Source of the DNA: Octopus sinensis
Lineage: Eukaryota
Assembly: GCF_006345805.1 (NCBI RefSeq)
Contig: NC_043002.1
Location: forward strand, 118,172,001-118,236,000
Direction: 5' to 3'
DNA: 64,000 nt
This document shows positions 40,563 to 53,733 of the stretch, piece after piece. The stretch's first letter is position 1; every line of letters starts with the position of its first letter. The notes below the pieces were generated by a model. It was not told the DNA's origin and ran no database searches. It worked only from the letters and a program-made list of their open reading frames with translations. The position numbers and the translations under genes are program-made.

Positions 40563-42029
40563 TGACAACCTGCTTTATAAAGTTTCCATTCTTACATGGC
40601 AGAATATCAACAAACCTCCTGCTCTGAGCTTCTTTTCACTCATAGTTGATTATTGTGTGCTTACTGATAAGGTAGGAATTCAGCTGGAAAAATCATACTT
40701 GTGCCACCATTGGAAATAGACCAAAGCGTTGTTAGAACAATTTGCTTTACAGTCCAATACTCTTACTACTGCTAATTTTTTAACTATGAAGTAGGAGGAA
40801 TCTGATGGCAGGCATACAAAAACAAATAATGTTTTGAAGTCATAACATTGTCCGTAGTCCAGTACTTTAAACTCACAACTGCATTCAACAGAAGAAATTA
40901 AATAAAAATATCTACAGCAAAGAAAAACAGCCAGAGGCTGAGGAAACAAGTGAGTGCAGTCATCAACAAAACAATTTATAAATCTTGTAAAATAAAATAT
41001 ATTTATGTTGAGTAAAGTGTATTCTGGTCTTTCAGATGAGACTCTTTGAATAAAAAATATGTTGGATGACAACAAATAAAGCTGAGGATTTAAAAAAAAA
41101 TCCATTTATTTCAAAGAAGAATACTGTTATCTTCATAGCAAATTCAACTTATAGGTCCCCCTATCATAATAAAGATCAACACAAACAGTACCCAATTTCC
41201 CAGCCTACAAGTCCTTTTTAATCTATTCTTTCCTCTTTGGATAAGAAAAAATCCCTTTAACCTTTAGCTAACACTTTTTTGCAAAGAATCCTCAGAACAG
41301 GTAATAAAATCCCCTTGGGTAAGAAATAAAGATTAAAAGTTTGAAAATTCTATCATATAGATATTATTTAAAATTATCTTTAAATTGGTTATACAGTAAC
41401 AAAAATGTTAAAAAATAATGACATCTACTTAATATTAAGCAGCAAATTCATTTTAAAACAAATTTTGAGTAACAAGTGTAATACAGTAATCTTATGAACA
41501 ATCTCAGTTATATTTTGTCACTAAAGAATTAAATGCGTAAAGAAAAAAATAACTTAAATTTTAATAATTATTCAGTCATCTAAAAAGTTAAGAAATAAAA
41601 ATAAAATTTTCACAAGGAAATAGAAGTATGAACAGGAAAAAAAAATCAAATAAAAGCAATAAAAAATATAATTGTTATGCATCAAGAAAGACTGCAAGGG
41701 AGTGGATCTGCTTGGAACCATTTTACACCATGCAATATATCTTGTACTATGTGAAAAGTTCTAGAAAAAAGTCAGAAAAAGCAAAATGAATAAGCAAATT
41801 CACAAAGAAAAAGTGCAGAAGTAAATAGACTGAAGACATAATATTGAAAAACCATCTATCATGAATTGATTTCTAGTAATCAATCTCATCCAATAATTCC
41901 AAGGAAGTAAGAATAAAAGCTTGCAACAAAAAAGAGAGTGTGAAATAAAAGGTGTATTTTTTTTAAGGGGATCTAAGCATAAAGCAAACTATACACAGCA
42001 TGGCCTTAAAATAAGGGAGATTTAAGTAC

Positions 42030-42098
42030 CAGATTCGCTTGTGATGACGAGGCAAAAGTTCTCTTCGATGACGAGCTTTTTTACAGTTAACACAGTTA
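42030..42098 (-). CDS. RAB11FIP4: Rab11-FIP3/4-like exon E (candidate cassette exon)
   Basis: poly-T cag acceptor, gtactt donor; 69 nt, phase 2 to 2; INCVNCKKARHRRELLPRHHKRI; CpG-retaining island in an AT-rich intron. Confidence 0.7.
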
Positions 42099-44719
42099 CT
42101 GAAAAAAAAAGTAGTTAATCACATCAACTGAATTGTTTAAACTTCTAAACTTTTCATTGAAATAGAGACAGATCAAAAGAAATTAGAATGATGCTAGTTT
42201 ATATACTAAAACCATTTTAAAAGTATATTAGCTAATTTTAACATAGAATTTAATATCAACATGAACAAAATTAATATTTTCTGCAAGAATCTATCAAGCT
42301 GTCATACTTTTAACATTAAAAAATTATTTGTGATTTATTTTCTATTTATTTCTTTGAATTTCCAAAATTGACAGTAACTGAAAGTATATTCTAAATCGGA
42401 ATCTTGTCAGGGCTGTCTAGATTACAGGTCATATTTCCAAAATTCATAAAACAGGTGCCAGTTGTTTAACCCCCACATCAACCTTAATCTAGCAGACCTA
42501 TGATCAAGCCAGTCAAGCTGTAACCAACCAGTCTATTTAGAGATATCTAGAACTTTTTAATTTTAAATTATCCAATGTCTTTCCCTTTCTGAGGTAACAT
42601 GTGATTTTAGAGAAGTTGAGTAACTATGAAGAGGCTTCCTTGTTGGTTCAACTAAGTCAGGGCATGTATCAGTAAAAATTGCATCTTTCCTTACAAAATT
42701 TAGTTGCATAAAAACATAAATATTTATCATCTTATACAAAAATCTACTGTCCCAAATATCTATTAGTTTAGCATTCCAAAATTTCACATTATTTTATAAA
42801 AGAATGCATATCGTACTTCAAAAATTCTTTTAAATATAAATTGATATAACTAGATAAAAGATATAAACACTTTAAGTAAATAAAACATTTTTTTCCTAGA
42901 TTAAAATCTGTACAGAAGAAAGTTTTAAAATCTCATATGTAGTATTAAAAATAAAAATTAGTTAAACTTGAAGTTTTCCACTGAATATATTTTTCAATGA
43001 TTTACAGTAATTTTTCCATGCTGCACAACTGAATAATTCATCCCACTGAAATATTTTAGACATATTATTCAATTTGTTAAGATCAGAATAATTTATTTTC
43101 CAAAATTAAAATAGATTTTCAGTGGAGATATTAAAATTTACATATTTTCAATAAGTAAGCAAGTGTTTTAACTATTTAGCTATAATGCATGAACATTTCT
43201 CTCATTAGAAAAATCTTTTAATGAAAGAGCTAAATTGAAATTACACCATAACATATCCTAGAATATTATATTAACTAATCCTAAATCGCTATTCAAAATT
43301 ACACCATATATAAAACTGTTTGTGCTTTATTAATTATCCATCAGTATGAATAATCAAACAATGGCTGTCAATTGTCTAGGTTAGAAAGATATGCAGCTCC
43401 CTATATATGCTAAGCTCCCACCATGTAGCAGAATTAGGTTAAGCCTGTAACAATAGACAAACTAATCCAATCAAAAGAATAATATTTAATAAATAGGTAA
43501 ATGAGGAGATTTTCTGAAAGAAAATAGATTTTGCTGAGAAAAAAAATTTCTTTTTTTATCTTTACTGTAAATTTTTGTATAACAGGAAATATTTTCCGAG
43601 CAAAATTATTTTAAAAGCATATACAGGTGAAATCATGTTATAATGAATACCAGTAAAATGATTTCTTGTAATTAAATTTGTTTCAATTCCTGGCCATAAG
43701 TCTTTTGAAACAACACTCAGAAAGAGAGAGAGATTCATAATGACAAATATTTAATAGATTGAAGCAAAAATCAAGCTCCTAGTAACCAAAATTTGTTTTT
43801 ATACAAAAATAAAAAAAAAATCCCCAAAAGCTAAATTTACTTTTGATATGACAATCCTGTTAAATCAGACATTAAAACAATTTAGAATATCAATTTGAAC
43901 ACAGACAATTTCAGTTTGAAGGTTAGAAGTCCAGTCATCTTAACAATGAGTCAAACACTATAATACAGACTTGTGTTAGGTGAGTGCTCTAAATACAAAG
44001 TTTTTTGTATTTGTGTTGCTATTTGCTAGTGTAGGTTACTGTCCAAAAATAGAAATATTGCAAAACCAAAACACAACAGCCCAATTAACTTTGTTCTTTG
44101 CATATGCAGTCAAAACATGCAAATTTCAACTTTCAGGTCAACATAGGATCAAAATTTATTTATCAATTTATCAAATATTACTAAAAGCAAAAGGATTTCA
44201 ACTGTGATTATTTGGTCTCCTTTTTATGAAATCAGAAATTCTATTTTTGTTTTCTACATTATAACAACAACAGTTTCTATAAAAAAAAATAGAATGGTCA
44301 CAGTTGAAAAACTGGAAAGAAAAATCTCTTGATTAAAAAAAAAAAGACTGGTCAGTTATGACTGGAATGCTTTTGTTCTTAGTTATGGTTATGGTTGCAA
44401 AATCTGAAAAAATTCTGATCCATTGAAATGAGACAGGATGGTTAATATTTTTTTTTTCATTAAAGTTTGGTAACTTGAATACATTCTAATTCTTTGCTGA
44501 GCTAAATGTTGAAATTTACATATGTAGGAAATGTGCAAAGAATGAAGCATTGTTACATTTTGCTTTTTTTTCATTTAACAAACTCATTATAATGAATTTT
44601 TTCATACCATATCAGTTTCAGTAGAATAGAATTTTACCTATAATTTCAAAATGTTCCTTTGTTGTTTTTGTTCATCCTCAAGTTAGCCTATGAAGTGCAG
44701 ACTATTCAGACCCAAATTA

Positions 44720-45110
44720 TCTAACATATTCTTTTCTTATTGGAGTGTAATATGAGGGTTTGTTTGCTATTTCTGGCAGTTTGTGCAGCTTTGTAGAAAC
44801 TCTCTCACTGGTGACCCATTCTCCTATGTTATCCATCAGTAGGCTCTTTCCTCCAATGAATTTGGTGAAAGCATTGTTCTGAACATCAAAACTTTCAGCT
44901 GTGTCTGACATGCAAATATCCTATCAAAACTTCCTGTCTATGAGCCCCACTTGTCTCTTAGCTTTCTGTCAGAGTACACTATTGCTATGCTTGCTGATGG
45001 AGCTCTTTCTGACTCTCATCCTATCAAATCTGGAAGTCTACAGAATTTGATTTTGTTCTTACTACCTTCCTTCTATACATTGGTAACTTACCTGCTGTCA
45101 CAACTAAAGT
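44720..45110 (+). mobile_element. CR1/L2/Jockey-group RT remnant
   Basis: Decayed DGALSDSHPIKSGSLQNLIL..TTFLLYIGNLP, resembling SGVPQGSVL.P.LF..YINDL. Confidence 0.5.
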
Positions 45111-45479
45111 GATTTGAGGTGGTGGGTTGTACCTGGAGCTAAAGGCTCTGCTGCAATGTTTCCTTAATCAAATGTCATAATTAGGAAGAAGAGAAGAATA
45201 GCATAGTACAGGTGGTGGTAGGAGAGGGAATTATTGAGTGTGAACAGATCAAACATTTTCTCTATCTTCACAGGTGGTACATGGTACAGTGAATAGAAGT
45301 AGTGACAGAGAGATGAGAAAGGTATTGGTTAAGCAAGAAAGACAGCAAATAGTGACTTAGAAGATACTAATAAGTGAAAACCTAAAAGCAGAGATGAATA
45401 TATATGTATATATATATATATATATATATAGATAGATAGATAGATAGATATATCCTAGTTTCCATTAATTCATTTCCAA

Positions 45480-46375
45480 CTCTATTTCAACACAACTCTA
45501 TGTCAAGCTTGCATGGGTGGTTCTGTTTTCTTCAGCACTGCATACCATAAACTGACATAGTCTTTTACCATCTCCTTCATGGGATCAGTCTTCAACACTT
45601 CATCCCAAGTCTTCTTGGGTCTCACTTTTCCACAGATTTCATGGACTTTCAGCTTTCTGCACTCTCCTTACACACCTGTCACTCTATACATGCATGTTTG
45701 TACAAGTACAGTCTCAAGCACACACTATTTTTTCTTGTACTCAGTTTTTTTCTCAGATAATTTGTACTCTAAAGTTCATGCACACTGATATCAGATACTC
45801 AGCAAAGCATGCCTATTTCATTTCTTTCAAGTTTTTACAAGTCTTCTGTATTCAATACTCAAGTTTCACTTATGAAGCTTTGCATTTTGCACACAAACTT
45901 TGAGGGAGAAACCTTTTGTTGCCAGCATAGGTAATAGCTTCCTTAATTTCTTTTGCCTTGTTCTTATTCTGGCTACATTTTCTGAATGGCCAACCTGCTG
46001 GCTAATTTGATCCTTTAAGAAACAAAAGTTATCAATTATTATAAGGGGGGGGGGGGCATCTGGACATTTGAAAAACATTATTACTCAAATTCTCTCAATA
46101 TTGAGTATAGTAATTCCTTTTATTGTATCAGGTCCTGTCTTCCATTGAACTTACTAAAAGATTTTTGTTCTTACTTTAAAGCCCTTCAATATAATTTTCT
46201 GTTTCTATTTCTAAAAATCCTGTTCCAAATTTTTACAGTCTGTTATAAAAGAATTATCATATAGGAGATAGCTAGAACTGAGCTTATGAACTACCAGCAT
46301 GCTAAATTAATCATTAAGCTCATTGCTCACAACACCCCTATACATGGCTTGTACAGCTCTCACAAGCCAATCATG
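45480..46375 (-). mobile_element. Degenerate RTE fragment (RT to 3' end, with deletions)
   Basis: ARIRTRQKKLRKLLPMLATKGFSLKV; WLVRAVQAMYRGVVS; abuts (TA)n(GATA)n at 45398-45452. Confidence 0.7.
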
Positions 46376-46399
46376 ATATCACAAGATATCAGAAAAGGG

Positions 46400-46770
46400 G
46401 CACTTAACTGAGGATATACAAGGGCTGCAAAGAAATGATATAAGCATGCTCTACTGGTTGTTTAATATTGGTGTGCATGAGCAATGGAACAAAATTAAGC
46501 TGAGGTGAAAAACTAGGAATCTGATGTATGTATGAGAGCAGACAGAGCTGATATGGATGTGATGTATATAGTGTATAAAGACAGTTGAATAAAGAAGATA
46601 TCCAAGTGGAAGGAGTTTGCAGAAAAGAAAGCTGGTGAAGCCATGAGAAGTGGTGGTGAAAACTGACCTCAAGAGACTGAGCCTTATAAAGGAGATGACA
46701 AAAAATAACAAATGGTATGATGCAGTGTGAGAGGAAGCTCCTTCAACCCACACAAGCATGGACATATACA
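46400..46770 (+). mobile_element. Degenerate RTE 3' fragment, back-to-back with the previous copy
   Basis: Decayed LQRNDISML..RQS*YGCD..EVVVKTDLKRLSLIKEMTK..WYDAV and tail caacccacacaagcatgga. Confidence 0.6.
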
Positions 46771-47271
46771 CACACATACACACTTTCTATGAAACTCTTT
46801 GCTACGAATAAATTAATATTAACATTGTGGAAAAGAAAAAAAGAAAATAGAATAAATAAAGAGAAAACAAAAAAAATGTAGAGAATGAAAATTTATTGAC
46901 AGCTATGCCAAATTTAGCAGACATAAGCATTAACTCGCTGGAAGGAAATAAATTGAAGTGGTGTGCACAGTATTTTTAGTCTACTGCATGTCACCTTTAT
47001 CATTACTTCTTCAAAAGCAAATTATTCTGGAAAAAGAAAACTAAATTTTACAGGAGTGATTGAATATACTATTAGGATTCCTATGAAGTAAATTAAATTC
47101 CTACTTATTTTAAATTAGTCTACACTATGTGACCATTCTGTAAGCAAAGAGTGAAGAATAAACATTCTAGCTTCTCATATCAAAAGATTTCAATTGAGTT
47201 TTATGTTATTCTGTATTAAAAATCCATATTAATTCAAAATGAAAATCAAAATGGTAAATTCAAATTCTTAC

Positions 47272-47376
47272 ATATGTCCTCTAGTGTGAGATGGGATGTC
47301 GGCTTCTGATTGAGACTCTAACTCTTCTCCTTCACCAAAATCTTCATAGTTATCCTCATCAGTTATGTCATGACGA
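47272..47376 (-). CDS. RAB11FIP4: Rab11-FIP3/4-like exon D
   Basis: tttag|...|gtaaga; 105 nt, phase 2 to 2; SRHDITDEDNYEDFGEGEELESQSEADIPSHTRGH; YEDFGEG resembles the FEDYGEG motif of FIP3/FIP4. Confidence 0.9.
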
Positions 47377-47869
47377 CTAAAATATACATTAAAAGAATTG
47401 CATCAAAATTTGAATTTAGCCTTCATTAAAATCCTAATTTAATTTGGTATTCTGTAATACAATATTCAACCAATTTATAAATAACAGTATTATCAAATTT
47501 GATCTCATGATACAATAAATTACTGCCATATTGATCATTTCAATAAGTTACTAGTTCATGTTGCATAAAACTTCTGACAGCATTTTTTTTTCTTTCTTCT
47601 CGATATCAGAAGAAATACATAAAATCTAACAACCTGATTAATAGATGTCTTAGGAAAAAAACAATTATGCACAAATAAAAGATCAATAACAGCTTTTGTC
47701 ATCAACTACTGAAAATAAATCAGTTCACTATTTGAACAACTTATCCAAGCTAGAACTTGTCTCATAATGGATTATACAAAACTTTGGAAATATAATTACA
47801 ATATTACTAAACTTTTTTATCAAGTTATGTAAATCGTGTAAAATAACTAAATTCTTATGAATATTACAA

Positions 47870-48070
47870 TTGGCAGAATTGCTAGCACTGGACAAAATAC
47901 TTTGCAATATTTAGTTACATCCATTCTGAGTTCAATTCCTGCCAGAGTGCATTCTAACTTCCCTTCCTCTCAGGTTTATGAAATAAGCACCAATCAAGAA
48001 ATGGTGTTGATTTAATAGACTGTATCCACTCCAACAATTGTGTAGTCAAAAATAGTGTAATCGTTATTGT
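47870..48070 (+). mobile_element. SINE family C copy (opposite orientation, degenerate)
   Basis: tggcagaattgctagca..ttctgagttcaattcctgcc..aaataagcacca. Confidence 0.6.
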
Positions 48071-48314
48071 AGCAAGTATTGTAATACAGCAGAGAGTTTG
48101 CAGTCAGGTTTAATTCTCATTGATGTACTACACGTTAATGCGCAGTTGAAACTAGAGGTCGTATGTATGCTAATGCTCAAAAGTGAACATCCAACATTTT
48201 TGCTATTCCAAATTTTGTATAACACTAATATATTTTAAGATAAATTTGGATTCTTCATCAGCACTTCACTAAATACACAAACACTTAAGAAATGAACCAA
48301 AGAGGAGGAGCCTA

Positions 48315-48495
48315 TAAATGGTTGCATGACCCACTTGAAATAGCAGTCACATTTTCCTCAAATTACATCCTATTATAGACACACTGGATAATGAATTCTA
48401 AGATTCAGAGCTGAGAAAAAAAAAAGAAAAAAAAAGATGAGATCACAGTTGGAACGCCCTTGATCACAGGTCTGTTCAGTGGCAGTTCACAACAG
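48315..48495 (+). repeat. Dispersed repeat family G (SINE-like 3' part); relatives at ~22355-22460(-), ~39660-39730(-), ~42465-42650(-), ~56890-57070(+)
   Basis: Shared motif gaaatagcag.ca.at.t.cctcaaat.aca..ggataatg..gatca.aggtctg. Confidence 0.55.
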
Positions 48496-49369
48496 AGAGG
48501 AATGAATTATTTGATAACGATTGGTTTTATCTTCTTTCCTAATAAATCTGACAAAATAAGTACCTGTTATATATTGGTTCACAATCTAAAACTACTCTTT
48601 CTACAAAAGAAAACAAAATCGTATGATTTAATAAGAGGGAAAGATAGCAGACATTAGACTTTAGTAGTGTCTCTGAGACTGAAAGAGAAAACGGAAGATA
48701 CCTCAACCCACAGATTATCCTCAGACTAGAGACCTGGTGAAAACACTTACAATAGAGCAAACTTCACTAAAGGCACCCAAGATAGCTTTTAAAATGTCTA
48801 CAGTGTACTTTGTCATGGTATGGATAGCTGTAAACAACTTAGAGTTGCTAAAGATATCTTCTTAAAAATAATCCTACTGACAATAATCAAAATCGTCACT
48901 GATAAAGCAGTTATACCTGTAAATACAACTAACAGGTTAAGCAGAAGTTTTGCTTTCTAGTTCTGTACTCCAAATTCAGTAGTGTTCACCCTGGTTATTT
49001 AGAATAAGCACACCATACCCCAGTATATCATAAGAGCAGATTAAATCAGTTAGTATTAGGAAGTGCATTTAGCTGTTAAAAACTCCCTGAGAGAGTCCCA
49101 ACTCATGTTAGCAAGGGGCAGGAGCTTTATAATTGTCCTTCTATGCCAGCATGAAAAGACAGGGAGGAAAAACGATGTTCATTAATATAATGTGCATCAC
49201 AACTGGTAATGGCCATCAGCATTAAGTCCATTCCCTTCAACACTCAAAAACTTAGATATGAAAAATAATTTAAAATTACTTGCATAACAGAATTGAATTC
49301 AAATGTAAACAAGTGATACTCAAAAGTTCATAACATTTAAAAGAGAAAAAATAATCAGAATTCATTTAC

Positions 49370-49569
49370 CTATTTTCAGTTACTTCAGATGATCGGCCGC
49401 TGATAAAACTATCTCTGTCATCTTCTGAAGCCACTTGTAATTGTACATCAAAACTGCCAACAGGAGTTGGAAAAAATTCAGTATTCAGTGAAGTGCATGC
49501 ATCTTCATCTGTATTGATATCATATTCAGCATAAGTATTTGTACTGGTCTCTGAAGATTCAGCGTTTTT
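49370..49569 (-). CDS. RAB11FIP4: Rab11-FIP3/4-like exon C (acidic/Ser-rich linker)
   Basis: tttag|...|gtaaat; 200 nt open, phase 0 to 2; KNAESSETSTNTYAEYDINTDED...EDDRDSFISGRSSEVTEN. Confidence 0.88.
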
Positions 49570-51692
49570 CTAAAATGTAAAATATTTTTATAATCCTAAA
49601 ATTATGGAAATATATTTCATTCTCAAAATTGCTTTTTTTGCTTTAAAAATAAAATATATAGAAAACAATATAATAATTAACAAAATTTCAGCTGTATTAA
49701 GATGTTAATTTTTTAAACCTTTTCAGAAACTAAACTACTCACCTCACATAAATATATATAAAAAAAAAAAACAGTTTAATTTAACAGTAAAACCATAGAT
49801 AAATATATGTACTCTTTATTACTAATAACTGGGTGAGAATAAAGTTTTATTTACATGCAACAGAAATTATGACATAGGTAATCAAAGATCAGCAAAATGT
49901 ATCAGATGATTTAAGAATACAATTGACTAATGTTTATAATTCACTGCCATGACTAACATTTTTAGAGTTCTATCTGCACAACTTCCTTGCAGAACATTCC
50001 TTGCTTTGCAAGAAGTGGTCATTTTGACAGTATCAACACTAACAATTTTTTTAAAATCATGTATAGCAAGTGGTTTTCCCATTTTGAACATCTTATTTGT
50101 TAGTGATAAACTAACTCAGAAACAGATAAGCAGTTTAGTGACTTTCAGTTCAGAGTTAAAATCAAATCAAAAATGTGGTTTCACTTTCCACTCCCCAGAA
50201 TCAGGAGCATGTCACTGATCTGGTCTCCCAATAATTTCTTGTCACAGGAGAATGCTTGCTCCATAATTTCTTTTGAAATTAGATTATATTGGTATCCAAC
50301 AAGGAAGAAAGAAAACCACTCCAGTGAAGACAAATCAAATGTACAAGAAAAATCATGAAATTATTAAACACAAGACAAATATTCTCCATAACTTTCTTTA
50401 TTCTCTAACAGTTTTATGCATTAAAAAAACCCCAAAAATCTCAATTTTTAATTTTAAAAATATCATCACAATTCTACACAAAATATTTCTAGAAGTTCAC
50501 TGTTAACATATATCATTACCTATAAAGAAAAAAACAAAAGCAAAACTAGACATTCAGGAAAATAATCATGCATTTTGCTTTCTTCTGAGAGAAGTAAAAA
50601 TAAATTTGTATCTATTAGCTTTGAAATTACTAATGCAGATTAATATTTAAAACCATGTCTTTTTTAAGTAATTAATCATAATGTAACTAAAACCTGTATC
50701 GCGAACATTTTAGAAATGTTTCAAATCATCAATATATAAAAATTATGAATATATAGGTATTGAACTATGAAAAGTTATAAACACCTCTACTTCATTTGAT
50801 GATTTATTCACTTACAAAAAAAAAAATGAATTATATTTCACTGGAATTAATTAACTAGTGATTCAACTTTCATATAAATTATAACTGACTGATTATTTCG
50901 AAAAATTTGTCAAAAAATCTAAACCTCAGTAAAAATCCAGGAGTCAATTATTGTTGAAATATATGAAAGTAATCATTAGTTTTTCATACAGGTTTTAGTT
51001 GAAATGATTTGCTTTTCTCAAACACAGAATGTACCATAACAATATAGATTTAAAAAGAATATTTTATCGCATTAGGTATAATTTGCAATAGAAGTGTATA
51101 GGGAAGAAATTGATGTGTATTGCATTAAGCAGAATTGTTTTGCATTTTGTTTATTGGAAGATAAATAATAAAAAAAAAAAATCAACTGAATTTCATTTCT
51201 ACAATATACTAAAGTAAAATATTCTTTACAATAATTTCCTAAACAAAATCATGCAAAATAACAACAGGATACTGCATTCTTTCTTAAGCACAGCTGCATT
51301 TTTATAAGAGAGGGATAGACGCCATTTGAAATCACACCAATACAATGGTATGATTTCAATTGCCTTTATTTCTCTCTTAAACTTATTTTATCATTCCCAA
51401 ACAAGGTTGAAAGACAAAGCTGACCCTGGTGGGATTTGAGAATACAACTCAAAAGAGAGACTGCTGGTAGGTGGATTCCCTTTTGAATTTGACGATGAGC
51501 AGTCAATTGATCAATTAATTGAATGCTCATCATGGAATTAAGATGTAAGTGGAGGGGATTCCTCACACACATAACCGTAATGTAATTCTGGGGTTAAATC
51601 AATGCAACACAATGTCACATGGTTGGACCTTTGAATTACAGCCACAATAGGAAGATGTGGGAGAAGAAGAACATTCCCAGCACTGGACTAAA

Positions 51693-51808
51693 AGTATGAA
51701 AGCAAAGTTGACTTCGGTGGGATTTTAATTCAGAGAGCAAAGGGCCAGAATGAATACCACAAGGCATTCTATCAAGCATTCTAACGACTCTATCAATTCT
51801 CCACCTCA
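51693..51808 (-). mobile_element. SINE family C partial copy
   Basis: atgaaagcaaagttgacttcggtgggatttt..aataccacaaggcatt..ccacc. Confidence 0.6.
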
Positions 51809-52903
51809 GACAAAACTATATACTGTATGTCAATTACATCAGCATAAGATACTCCCAATGTATTTACATTATTATAGGTGTATTAACAATCATTCAAAAT
51901 ACACATGAGAATAGAATAAAGCAAAATACATATTAATTTCAAAATTTTTTTTAAAGTGGGTTGTTAATGCAATATTATTTTTAGTGCTTAAGTTTACAGG
52001 AAATTATTTGCCATTTAGGACTAAATCTAACATTATATAATCATTTGTTCAAATTACAATTAGTAAAAGAAAGAACAGCTGTTTGAAAATGTTAAGAACA
52101 TTGCCATTAAAAAATAAAGAAAAAAGGAAAATCGAAAAGAGAAAGTGGGGGGGGGGGGGGGAGTGCAACTACAATCAGTTCATTAGTGAAAAAATCATTC
52201 TTTTCTTGAACAAGTGAAAAGTTCTGCTGCAATGATTTGGAATTACATCTCTTTCCATTTTGGAATATCCACTGACTGCATGGCTATAGCAATAATAACA
52301 GTTGCAACGGTGTATTTCTGGAATAATTTAATGATATACTCCATTCTGAGTTGAAATGTAATATCTTCTGTCTTGACAATTAGTAAATACTTCTCCCTGA
52401 GTATAGATGCAACATTCAGAAAATGTGCATAAGAAAATTGTTTCATTAAATTTGTATTGCACTATCAAATAATAATTTCGTAAAATCCAGAAAATGAAGT
52501 CAATAAATCGATATTTAATCACAGATTATTTCTCCATGTATTTTTACAAACAAAATTTAGATAGTTCCGGAGCAAATTCAGAGTGAATGCAAGTGTATCT
52601 TTTATCCAAAGTAACTCTTCCAATTCCACTTCAATGTAATGAATTAATTAACAATTAAAAGAAGTGGTTTTCATAAACTATTCATTGAACGAATATGGCA
52701 GCAAACACAGTTTCAGTTTCTTTTAACACGTGAACTTCCTTATAAACAAAATCATTAGATGATGTAATCCAACTGATTTGAAAGTTTGTGTCTTATTTAC
52801 TTACTGGGGATTGATCAACTAATCTAATTTGATATTAGAAATAATCCATCAAAAGGTCATATTAATTAGAATTCATCAATAAACAACCAAATATTACTGA
52901 TGA

Positions 52904-53252
52904 GTGAAAGTGCATGGCTCAGTGGTTAGAGCATAGAGCTTACGATCGTGAGGTTGTGAGTTTGATTCTCAGACTAGGCTGTGTGGTGTGTTCTTGAGCA
53001 AGACACTTTATTTCACGTTGCTCCAGTTAACTCAGCTGTAGAAATGAGTTGCGACATCACTGGTGCCAAGCTGTATCGGTTCCTTTGCCTTTCCCTTGGA
53101 TAACATCAATGGTATGGAGAGGGGAGGCTGGTATGCCTGGGCAACTGCTAGCCTTCCACAAACAACATTGTCTGGACTTGTGCCTCAGAGGGTAACTTTC
53201 TAGATGCAGTCCCATGGTCATTCATGACCGAAGGGGGTCTCCTATCCTATCC
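52904..53252 (+). mobile_element. tRNA-derived SINE family A, full length with TSD
   Basis: A box TGGCTCAGTGG, B-box-like GTTTGATTC, central TGTGTTCTTGAGCAAGACACTTTA, (CCTAT)n tail; 12-bp TSD TATTACTGATGA at 52892-52903 and 53253-53264. Confidence 0.9.
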
Positions 53253-53494
53253 TATTACTGATGATTTATATTCACGAGGCTTATCAGTTTCTACATGAAG
53301 ACATTATTTAAGGCTACAAACTATAAAATAAAGGCTCTTTCTCAAACAAATTTTCAGTATATTTAAATATATCAAGTACACCAAATAAATAATAAAAAAA
53401 AAAAAATCAGATTCAAAATAACTTGATAAAAGGTATTTTTAAATATAAAACTAACAACCTGTTAGTTTGTTAAGCAGAAGTATATTTTCCAATG

Positions 53495-53733
53495 GGAGAA
53501 TGACAACTGGCATACTCAATACATTATGCTAAAAGTGCTGACAGCATTTTGTGTCTTGCAGAAGCAGCATTTTGTGTGTTTACATCTTGAGTTCAAATGT
53601 CGCTGAGGATGCTTTTGCTTTTTACCCTTTCAGGGTTCATGAAATAAGAACCAGTCAAGTACTGAAGTCGGTATAATCAACTAACACCCTCCTCCAAAAT
53701 TTCAGGCCTTGTACAAATAATTGAAAGGATTAT
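53495..53733 (+). mobile_element. SINE family C copy (opposite orientation)
   Basis: gagttcaaatgtcgctgagg..ccctttcagggt..aaataagaaccag..aaatttcaggccttgt. Confidence 0.7.

Noticed and set aside
40680-41105. 141-aa minus-strand ORF and the other 60-160 aa track ORFs
   Set aside because: Low-complexity F/I/L/Y-rich translations of AT-rich intron, or antisense frames of TEs; no recognisable domain or phase-compatible splice sites.
52897-52910. CTGATGA-GT-GAAA as a hammerhead core
   Set aside because: No stem II; it is the junction between the TSD and the SINE head.
52904-52975. tRNA gene
   Set aside because: The tRNA-like A/B boxes are the head of a SINE with body, tail and TSD; no complete cloverleaf.
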